From: a virus | Lineage: Duplodnaviria > Caudoviricetes | Length of the DNA stretch: 64,000 bases | Virus record (IMG/VR): IMGVR_UViG_3300027708_000015 | Reading direction: 5' to 3' (one strand) | Part shown: piece after piece, positions 1 to 12,000 of the stretch | Numbering within the stretch: the first letter of the stretch is position 1 | How the letters are laid out: the number at the start of each line of letters is the position of its first letter | Program-made: the position numbers and the translations under genes | The notes under the pieces: generated by a model | What the model was told of the DNA's origin: nothing | Databases searched by the model: none | What the model saw: the letters and a program-made list of their open reading frames with translations, nothing else

Positions 1-3000
1 TTACAGAAGCTAAATGCAAATAAACCTAATACTGCGCCCTATTATTTTAGTGACATGGTACCGTACGGTGCTAGTACAACTACAAATTTGGAAGTAGTTG
101 ATTATCGAATCAAAACATATCCTCTTACCTCTGTGTTCTCATTGGATGTTTTAAGTAATAAAGCTGTAGGTGTTTATCAAACAAAGATAGCAACCGGTAC
201 CAAATCACAGCTAGTACATGGGCGAGATTATACATTTAGCAATCAAGGATTTGTAGTAATTGATGATAGTGTATCGTTATCCAACGGAGATACAATTACC
301 ACAGTTGAATACGACAGCACAGATGGATGTTATATTCCAGCAACTCCTACCAAGCTAGGCATGTGGCCTGCATATGTTCCGCAAATCTATCTAGACACCA
401 CACTGGTTAATCCACAGAATGTAATACAAGGACACGACGGCAGTATTATTCTAGCTTATAATGACTTTAGAGATGATTTGATATTAGAATTAGAATTACG
501 TATATACAACAACATCAAGGTCAAATATGACCCTACTATTTTTGACAGTACAAATATAGTTCCTGGATATAATAGAACAAATGATTATTCTTTGTCAGAG
601 TTTAATCAAGTATTAGCCCCTGCATTCTATCAATGGTCGGGCTTGGTTGGTATTGATTTTACTTTGCCTTTGAACTACGATAGAGGAAATCAGTTTACAT
701 TCAACTACTCCCAGGATGTTGCTCCAAATCAATCTCCAACTCCTGGCTTCTGGAGAGGAATATATCGTTGGATGTTTGATACTGATCGTCCACATCTGTG
801 TCCGTGGGAAATGTTGGGGTTCAGTACAGAACCAAGTTGGTGGTCTAGTGTTTACGGTCCAGCGCCCTACACCAGCGACAATTTGGTATTATGGGACGAT
901 TTATCTACCGGCACTGTAAGAAAACCAGGCAGTGCGTCTGTAGTACTAAGCAAATATGCTAGACCCATATTAAAAGGGCACATTCCAGTTGACCAGGACG
1001 GACATTTATTAAGTCCTATACGTTGCGGATTAGCTCGGGGATCAGAAACACCAAGCATTGGTAATGATTTTGTGTTTGGTGATGTTAGCCCTGTAGAAGC
1101 AACATGGCGACGTAGTAGCTATTATCCATTTAGTGTAATAGTAGCCTCAATGTTGTTGACTCCCGCCAGCACATTTGGTCTGCTACTAGATCGATCAAGA
1201 ACAGTTCGAAATTTGGCCGGACAACTTGTTTACTCTGAAACAAATTTACGTATCAAACCCGCAGACGTAATGATTCCCAGCGTGTATTCTAGTGCAACTA
1301 GAGTACAAACTGCGGGCATTGTTAATTATATTGTTGACCTTATTTCAAATATTATTTTTAGTAATAATCAAGAATCATACAAGTCTTATCAATCAAACTT
1401 GGCTTTGCTAACTGCTCAGCTAAGTTATAGAGTGGGAGCATTTACTAATCAAGATCAATTTAATTTATTGTTAGAAAGTAAAACACCATCAGCAATTGGC
1501 AATGTTTTCATCCCACAAGAAAGTTATAAAATATTTTTAAATTCCTCTAGCCCCACACAGAAAATTACCTACAGTGGTGTGATAATTACCAAGTTATCTA
1601 CTGGATTTGAAATAAAAGGTTATAGTAAAACCCAACCTTACTTCAACTATTATGAGCATATTGAATCAGGAGTTACTATAAATGTTGGCGGAATAAGCGA
1701 AAGTGTAGTAACTTGGACTCGAGGCCAGCAGTATATTGTTGGACAAGTGGTTCAATACAACAACGTATATTATAGGACCAAAATTAAAAATACAGCAACA
1801 CTTGAATTTGAATCAAAATATTTTGTAGCATTGCCTAGTCTTCCTATAGTAGGCGGAGTAAGTGCAACATTTAGAGACAAGTGGAATCAAACTAGTGTTA
1901 AAGTAGCACCATATGGTAAACAGTTTTCAACAGTGCAGTCAGTGGTGGATTTCTTGTTGGGATATGAGCAGTATCTGATCAGTCAGGGCTTTGTCTTTAA
2001 TGATTTCAATAAAAAATTATCGTCAGTAGCTAATTGGTCTACTAGTGCTAAAGAATTCATGTTCTGGACCCTACAAAACTGGTCAAGCGGTAATACTGTA
2101 TGGACCGAATGGGCGCCAAATCAACCATATAACTACGGCACAATAGTGCGTTACAACGGCAGTTACTATAGTGCTCAATACAATATTCTTGCGTTGGGTC
2201 AGTTTGAATTTGAACAATGGACATTGTTACCTGGATTAAGCAATGTGGGAAGTAGTGTAATAAGTCTGAGTCCTGCAGCCAATGGTATAACTTTCAATAC
2301 TACTCTAGCGGTAGTGGACGATATTAAAAATCCATTCAACCGTTATGAAATATTCAAAGTAGACAGTACACCAATACACCCTAATGAACTAGACAGCTAT
2401 AGAATAGGCAATACAATAACATATTCCCCACGTACTGCTGATGGAATTTACTGTGCAAGTTTTTATCTAATACAAAACGAACATGTGGCGATTGTAGACA
2501 ACATGGATATATTCAACGATGTTATCTATAATCCCCCAAGCGGATATCGTAGAGATCGTATTAAACTTTCAGGATATGTTACAGAAGGTTGGTACGGCGG
2601 ATTAGATATTCCGGGATTTATCTTCGATGGTGCAAAAGTACAGGGTTGGCAGCCGTGGCAAGATTATAACATGGCCGATATTATCGCCTATCAAGGATAC
2701 TACTACAGTGCCAATTCGTTTATTGCAGGGTCTGCAACATTTGTGTCATCACAGTGGAATCGATTATCAAAGCAACCATCAGCACAACTACTGCCAAACT
2801 GGACCAATACAGCTACCCAGTTTACAGATTTTTACGGTCTTGACATTGATAATTTCAATACACAGCAACAGGTATTTGCACAACACCTAATTGGGTATCA
2901 AACTCGACAGTATCTGCATAATATCATACAAGATCCTGTAAGTGAATTTAAATTTTATCAAGGAATGATCCGAGATAAGGGCACTCAGAATGTACTAAAT

Positions 3001-6000
3001 CACTTGTTCGGAGTTCTCAATGCCGACAAAGTAGAGAGTCTGATGTTTTATGAAGAGTGGGCGATCCGTGTTGGACAGTACGGTGCTTCAAGTGCATTTG
3101 AGGATTTTGAAGTAATCATCGATCAAGCACAGTATAAAAATAATCCGCAGGGCTATTATCTAACAAATTCTTCAAAGTCTGATGTCAGCTATGTTATAAA
3201 TCAACTAGTACCTAATGATATCTATCTGAAACCGTTGGGATATAATAGTAAACCGTTTCCAGTTTTAGAAAAATCTAACCAACTACTGCGTAGTGCTGGG
3301 TATGTCAATCCAAAAGATATCACAATTCAGTTAGGCAGTCTTTCAGAGATAGTGAATTATAGTGTAGCCGCCTTGGCCAACGGACAGTATGTGTCTGTAG
3401 CATTTAGTGCCAACACTTGGAATGTTTACAGATTTACAGATTTACAGATTCGAGTACTGAATGTAACTTATGTGTTGGAAACAAAAACACTAACCATTAC
3501 TACACAAAATCTATTACCTCTCATGGCAGGAGATTATATCGGTATTGCGCAAGTTGCTAGCATTACAGGATTTTATCAAGTAGCCAGTGTATCATTGAAT
3601 TCATTCACAGTTGTCAGTGCATCGGCTTTGGTAGTGTCCGCGCCCTTCACACAATCCGGACAAGTTGTAGTCTATGCATTAACACCTCAACGTACCACAT
3701 CTATAGATACTCTAGATACAGTGTCTTTGACACATTTACAACCTGGAACATTGGTATGGACTGACGATTCGGGCAACGGCAAGTGGGCAGTATGGCAGTA
3801 CAATAGCGTGTACTCTACACAGAACATACCAGATGTTTCGCCAGCAACTAATTTTAACTTTGGTTCTAGTTTATCGATCAATAGTCAATCAACAATTTTA
3901 GCAGTCGGCGATAGTCAGGGAAGCCTACTGATGTATGACAAGGCAGGATCATCTGTTCCATGGATACGCCGAGGATCAATATCCGCACCGTTTGTGTCAA
4001 AAAGCGGTCCGATAAGTCTAAATCAACTAGCTACGATATCTGCACTGAGTGCCGACGGTACATGGCTAGTAACAGGAAGTCCTACTGCAGGATATGCATC
4101 AACCACGTATCGAGGTGTCTATAATAGCAGTTCAACCTACGCTATTAATAGTATAGTTTCTGTTGTAAATTCTACAAATAATTATTCTTATTATCAAGCC
4201 ATGAAACCGGTGCCAGCCAGCACTCCGCCCACTGATAGGAGTTATTGGTTTATATCTCCGTATATTCCAGTCAGCCAACTGCTAGGTACAGATTCTACAC
4301 TAGCAGGACAAGGCGTTGTCAGCATATACTTAAAAGACTCAAACAACAACTACAGTCTAGTTGACACTATTATCAGTCCGCTGCCAGCGGCTGGCGAGCA
4401 GTTTGGATCTAACATTGTGTTTGGCAACAACAGTCTTTATATAGGTGCTATTGGATATAATAGCGGCGCTGGCCGAGTATATAAATTATCATATATCACA
4501 ACACCACAAGTTACTACGCAGTACAATCCTGTAGGAAGCTCGGCAAGCACGTTAGCAGTCAGCACAACTAGCGGCATACGTCCTGGAATGATAGTACAAG
4601 GTACAGGATTTACTAAAGGCCAAACAGTACAGGCAGTGCTTACTACAACAACATTGCGGTTAAGCGGAAGCCCTGACACAGGAATTACACCTTCTGGAAT
4701 ACTTAATTTTGTAACCAAAAGTTGGACATATGATTGGAGTGAAAACTACATAGGAACCCCATCAAGTGCTTTGGGTTCTACAATAGCAATCAGTGCCGAT
4801 GCTACAACACTTGCAATTAAATCGATTGGCAAAGTCAACATTTATAAAAATACCGGCAGTGGTATGACCATGTTACCAGCAGTGCTAGGTAGCGATGCAT
4901 ATTTTGGGATGGGACTATCTGTGTCAGCAGACGGATCTTATATTGCTATTTCTAATGATACTGTTGGCCCTGTAAGCCAATCAGGCGGCGTGACGATATA
5001 TTATTATACTAATGGGGCCTATACTCAGTACCAAAGTTTGGTCAATCATCGGCCAGAGACTAATGGACTGTTTGGAAACAAATTAGCGTTCATGTCCGAC
5101 GACACGATTGTGGTATATAGCAAAAACGGTGATAGCCAGATCAGCACACCGTTTGATAATAATACAACAACATTTGATAAACGATCTACAAATTTTGTCA
5201 CACTAGAAGTTAACAGCGGTCGTGTTGATATCTATGACAGATATAAAACCAAATGGGTGTTTGGAGAAAGTCTAATATCGACCAATTTACCAAGTGACGG
5301 ATATGGAACAGGATTCGCAGTCGGAACAAATCAAGTTGTAATAAGTGCGCCAAACGCTACTGATCAAACTCTTGCATCGGGATTGGTATATAGTTACGGT
5401 AAGACAGCTGACGCATATACTTGGTCGCAGTATCAACAACAAGATTTAGTTGCTGATATCAGCAAAATTAAAAAAGCTTTCTTGTATAATAGAAAATTAG
5501 GAACCTTGGTAACTTATCTCGATATAATTGATCCGTTACAAGGAAAAATCGCTGGTCCTGCACAAGAGGAAATATCTTATCAAACTTTTTATGATCCTGC
5601 AAGTTATTCGTATAGTGATGGTACAACAGCCGCAACAGTTGATGTTGATGCGTTCTGGGAAGATCTGCCTATAGGACAGTTGTGGTGGAATTTGGCCACT
5701 ACAAAATTCTTGGAAAATAATTTTGAAGATCCGGCATATAGAACTAGTGCTTGGAATACCCTAGCAAAAGGGGCCAGTGTAGACATATACGAATGGGTAT
5801 CATCAAATTTATTACCAGCCAACTGGGATATTCAAGCAGACACTCCAGCTGGTTTAGCTAAGGGCATAAGTGGAAAGAGTCTATACGGCAATTCTGCATA
5901 TAGTGTAAAACAAAATTATGACAACATTAGCAAAACGTTTTACAGCACATACTATTACTGGGTTAAAAATAAACTAGTTGTTCCATCAAATGTAGCCGGA

Positions 6001-9000
6001 AGACACATGGCATCTCGTGATGTTGCATTATTAATAGCCAATCCGAGAGCTCAAGCATACACTTGTTTAGCTATAACTGGAGCAGACTCGTTTAGTTTAA
6101 TCAATGCTTCCCAATATCTAAAAAATACTGATGTTGTATTGGCCATTGAATACTGGACTATTGATAAAACAGATCAAAATGTACATAGCCAGTGGAAATT
6201 AATCAGTAATGATACATTGGTAAATCTTCCCTTGCATATTGAACGCAAGTGGATCGACAGTTTGTGCGGAGTTGACAGTGAAGGTCGTCTAGTCCCAGAT
6301 CCTCAGTTACCGGCTAAATTACGATACGGTATCGAAAATAGACCTCGTCAGGGTATGTTTGTCAATCGTATAGAAGCATTAAAACAATTTATAGAGCGTG
6401 TTAATCTTCTATTGATAGGATATCAGGTAACTGAATCTAAAGACATTACTCCGTTAGAAGGCTACGATCCTATACCAAATGTGTTGCATGGCCTGTATGA
6501 CAAGGCAGTTGACACTTATGCAGAGCTTGTATATGCTAATATCGGATCTTTTTCGTCTGCATCTGTTACCCCAGTCATTGTGTCCGGCAGTGTGGTAGGT
6601 ATCGTAATTATAAATTCTGGTAAGGGATATGTAAATGCTCCCTACATCACAATAGCAGGATCGGGCAAGGGTGCAGTGGTTCAATCAACAATCAATTCTC
6701 TGGGACAACTCACCGGCGCAAAAATAATCAACGGAGGAGAAGGTTATAATATCAATACACTATGCTCAATCCGTAGCTATTCAGTTCTAGTGGTAAGTGA
6801 TGAAACTGTAAACAACACTTGGAGTATATATTCTTATGACACTGTAACTAGTATCTATTCTAAAGTGTTGACACAGTCTTATGATGTTAGAAACTATTGG
6901 ACCTATGCTGATTGGTATGCCACCGGATACAGTCAATTTACTGCTCCGGATATCACTGTTCAAAATTTTGTAGATCTAAATACTGCTCAAGACACGTTCT
7001 TCAGATTAGCACGTAATGGAATAGAGCAACCTGGGCAATTGATCAAGGTACTCAACGGCAATGCTGGTAAATGGGTTTTATTGTACAGATACTCAACTAA
7101 AATTACAGTAGACTGGACTCAAAGCTATAGAGTGATAGGAATACAAGACGGTACTATACAGTTTAATAGCGATCTATACAAATTTGCCGGAACTGTTATC
7201 GGTTATGATTCTAACATTTTTGACACTGCTGACTTTGACGTGCAGGCCACTAAAGAATTAAGAATTATATTAAACACTATCAAGGACAAAATATTAATTG
7301 ATGATCTGAAACAGCAATATTTAGATTTATTTTTAAGCAGTTTACACTATGCTCACAGTGAACAACCTTTTATTGATTGGGCCTTCAAAACCAGTTTCAT
7401 CCGTGCAACTCACACAGTTGGCGCACTGAACCAACCTGTTAACTATCCTGTAGATAATCTAAGAAATTTCCAAGATTACGTTGCAGAAGTTAAACCTTAC
7501 AGAACTAAAGTTAGAGAGTATATAAGTCAATATACCGGAATAGACATTGATCAAAGTGCTGTTACAGATTTTGATTTGCAACCCAACTACTCGAATAATC
7601 AAATTAAACCAGTTGAGGCAGTGTATTCTAATAACAGTATTAGTGTAGTAGATCCTACAATACAGACTTATCCCTGGAAGTTCTGGTATGACAACGTTGG
7701 ATTCAGTATCACCGAAATATTGATAGTCAACGGCGGTAGTGGATATGCAAATATTCCGCAAGTGATAATCAGTGCACCAACTGGTTCCAATGCTGTACCT
7801 GCCACAGCAGTGGCTTATATTGCCAATGGACAAGTTAATAGAATAGTTTTAACCAATGTTGATCAGTACGGAAGTGCTGGCAAAGGTTACTTATCAGCCC
7901 CAACGATAACAATTGACGGCGGATTGGAAATTGGCGGAGTGCCTGCTACAGCAGTCGCAATCATTGGGAATGGACTAGTTCGTTCAAATCTTACAGAATT
8001 GCGATTTGATCGAGTCAATCAAACGTACTATTTGGCAAATTTACAGCAAATAGACAAATTTACTGGGTCGGGATCCAAGTTGCAGTTTGTGTTGACCTGG
8101 GCTCCGGACATACGTGTAGGACAATCTAGTGTTACGGTTAATAGCATTCCTGTTCTTAGAGAATTATATACTCTAAAAGTAGTTAAATCAACTGTGTCTG
8201 GCTACACACAATATACAGGAACAATCACGTTCGTAACAGCTCCGGCTCTAAATACGGCCATAGTGGTTACGTATAATAAATCTCAATCAGTATTGACAGC
8301 CGCTGATAGAATTCAATATTATTATAATCCCACAACCGGACAGTTAGGCAAAGATCTAACACAATTAATGACCGGTGTTGACTATGGCGGAGTTATAGTC
8401 AGTGGACTGGGATTCAACATTGCAGGCGGGTGGGGTGCTAGTCCGTATCTGACAGATTCGTGGGACAGCCGTCCTGTTACATTTAATGATTATGCAGTCC
8501 AAGTAGCTGGTAACACGCATGTATTCACATTGCCTTACACTCCGGCTACAGGCACATCAATTAATATATATTTTGCAAGACAGAAGAAGGTATCGTACGT
8601 GTCAGACGGTGCCAAATTGCTGTATGCGTATGATTCTGCATTACAGAATATTTCTGTAAATGTAGTGTCAACTAGTACAACATCTGCAGTTACTACGTCA
8701 TATATTACAGCAGAAGTAATCAGCGGAACAACTGTCAAAAGCGGCGGTTATACATTATTGGTTGCCGATACTACTGGAATAGTGTCGGGTATGATTGTCA
8801 AAGGCACAGGTTTTACAAAAAATCAAAAGGTTGTAAATGTAATAAATTCAACAACACTGACTATAGACAATGTGGCCGACGGATTTCCAGTAAACAGTGA
8901 ACCATTAACGTTTTCTAATTTGCCCGGTAGTTTTATATTGACAGTTGCCAGTACTGCTGGCTTAGCAATTGGAGATGTAGTTACAGCCTCTGGCATATAC

Positions 9001-12000
9001 AGCACAGCATTTGCTTACGGCACAACAATTACAAAAATTAATTCATCTAAGTCTGTAACCCTTAATCAGATTCTTTATGCGACACTTGCCGCTGGAACAA
9101 CTGTAACATTTACACAAAATCTTATACAACCTAATGATGTGGTAATCAACGCTTCAGGTACTGTTCAGCTGTTACAAGCCTATCCTGCAGGCAGTGTAAT
9201 CACTGTGGTCGGACAGCAACTTCCTGTAAGATTGGATGACCCCAATTACGGATTAGTAGCTACAAACAATTGGGTACCTGGCACACAATATGCTGTCAAC
9301 AACTTAGTATTGGTAGATGGCATCTCATATGTTTGTCGTAAAGTCAATACCAGCGGCACAAAATTTAATTTAGATTTTGCACTGGGATACTGGAGTTTGA
9401 TAAATTCCAATGCTATTATTCCAACGCCGGTTCTTGGAGTAAGTGTAATCACATCAGTTATAGAAGGCGGAGCTGGCGGTGCTAGTCTTTCTATTACCTT
9501 TGCTGGGTCAGTTGTAGGCGGCGAAGCAGCCACTATTGAAGACACTGTGCTCGATGGCGGCATTATAAATGATTCTCCTACCAATGTGATAGAAATACCT
9601 GCTACATTCACAGTATTAGAGGGAGATGAATTTATTCTAAGAGAAGCATCTAGTGATGGTTCAGTACCAACACCAGATGCAAACTATGACAGTAAAATCG
9701 ATGGTGGAAATTTAGCCTATTCTACTGCTACAGGTATAGCCGCAGATGATATCATTCTCGACGGAGACGGATTCGTAACCCCAACATCTAGTCCGGCCAC
9801 TGAAGAAGTGATGCCGGGACAAGTAGTAGATACTCTGGCAATCAAAGTGTATGACAAATCACCGTCCGGTGCCGCAAGCATTAAGGTTAACTCTTACTTG
9901 ACCGATGGCGTAAATAAAGTGTTTGCTATAGGGCAAACTCCAAACAGTCCTCGAGCTGTCATAGTGAAATTAGGCAGTAATATACAAACATACACGACAG
10001 ACTATACTGTTGATTATTCAAATAAACTAATACGTTTTAAAAATATTCCTACAGTAGGGCAGTCTGTCACTGTGTTTAGTATAGGGTTTAATGGAAAAAA
10101 CATTTTAGATCTTGACTATTTTATCGGCGACGGGACAACAACTGAATTTATAACAAGAGCTCCTTGGTTAACTTCTCTTACCCCGCTGGTTTATGTAAAT
10201 GGGGTAACAGCGGCAGTTGAGTTATTTCAAACTGATACTACTTATGCATTCTCTCATGCAGTCGGACTTAGATTTGTAACTCCACCTGCTATCGGAACAC
10301 TAATAAATTATATCATTGTTAGCGGAAGTCAACAGACTTTTGCAATTACAAAAACTGAAATAGTTAGTACGACTGGCACAAGCACTTACAAATTACAATA
10401 TCCAATAGGTAAATCTTTACCAAACGAAAGTAGTATGATTGTTAGAGTTGATCAATCAATACTGCAAGCACCAACTAACATATATTTCACTATCAGCAAT
10501 CTCAACTACAAATACACTGTTGATCCAGCTAAGGCATTGCCTTATTCAACTTCAATTGGCAATATATATGTGTATGCTGGCGGTAATCAGTTGGTGTTTG
10601 GCAACGATTACACAATAGATCCGTCAGGTATCTCAGTGACAATTACTGCAGATGTTTACACAACTTATGCAGGCAAACAACTAGTTGTAAGTATTATTTC
10701 AAATAATGGATATACATATAATCCTAATTCAAATGAAATAACTTTTGCGAGCGGAGTTATAGTCGGAAGCTCACAAACAGTTGAGGTAGTCAGCAACTAC
10801 TTGCATGAGACGTTGGACATACAACGTACCGATGTGCAGTATTCTGCTTCATATACATTGACTCCGGGAACTGTGGCCTTTTACCAATATAATGCAATCG
10901 GTGGTGGCCTGATTAGGCTTGATAGACCAGTAATTGATGCTGGATATGTATGGGTAATTAAAAATCTAGTTTTGTTATCTCCGGGAGCCGATTATAAACT
11001 CAATGACGATTTACAAAGTATTCGTTTGACGCAGCCAATAAGTCTATCTGATAATTTAGAAATTCTCACATTTAGTAGCAATGTACTTCCGTCGTCGGGA
11101 ATCGCATATATGCAGTTTAAAGACATGCTTAATAGAGTAACCTACAGACGACTAAATGCCAACAAGAAAACAAGTCTTGTGCAAGCATTGAAATGGAACG
11201 ATACACAAATAGTAGTAAGCGATGCGTCTGTACTAGATCAACCAAACGCCGCAAATAATAATCCCGGAGTAATAGAAATTCGAGGCGAACGCATAGAGTA
11301 TTTTCAAATAAACTATGCTACAAATACTCTGAGTCAACTGCGTAGGGGTACACTAGGAACAGGCGTTTATAATATGAATCTTGAAGGATCATTTGTACAG
11401 AATATTAGTTCAAGTGAAGCAATTCCCTACACAGATACTACTATCACTGGAACTATACTGTCTTCAGGACTTGGAGTTCCAAGAGTTACAGGATCTATTA
11501 TATCAACTACGACTAAAGTGGATCAGCCTATATCTAGTTTTTCTATCGAGTCAACAACTGGGTTATTAAAGGTAACAACAGGAAACTATTATGTTGGACA
11601 GGTTATAGCTGTGTCTGGCTTTCCGATCCATGCTAGTCTTACAGGCGTAACAGCTCTAAACTCAACTGGACAGTTTAGTTGTATTGCTTCTCCGACCTCA
11701 TTCTTAGTGGGTCAGTCAATTATTATCAACAGTTCTACAACTAATGCAATACTTTCTAATGTCAGCATAATTGGAACTTCCGGACAGTTTAGTTGTTTGT
11801 CAAGCCCTACTCCAATGATTGTTGGTCAACAAATAACTATGACAGGGCTAGTAGTTGTAACTCAATACCTATCAGGCGTAATTATTACTGATACCAATGG
11901 GGGTTTTAGTTGTACCTCTTCAACAGTGCTATTAGCTCCGGGACAAATTGTTACAATTTCTGGAACTTTTGGTTCAGGGGCCAGTGTTGGCAGCATAATT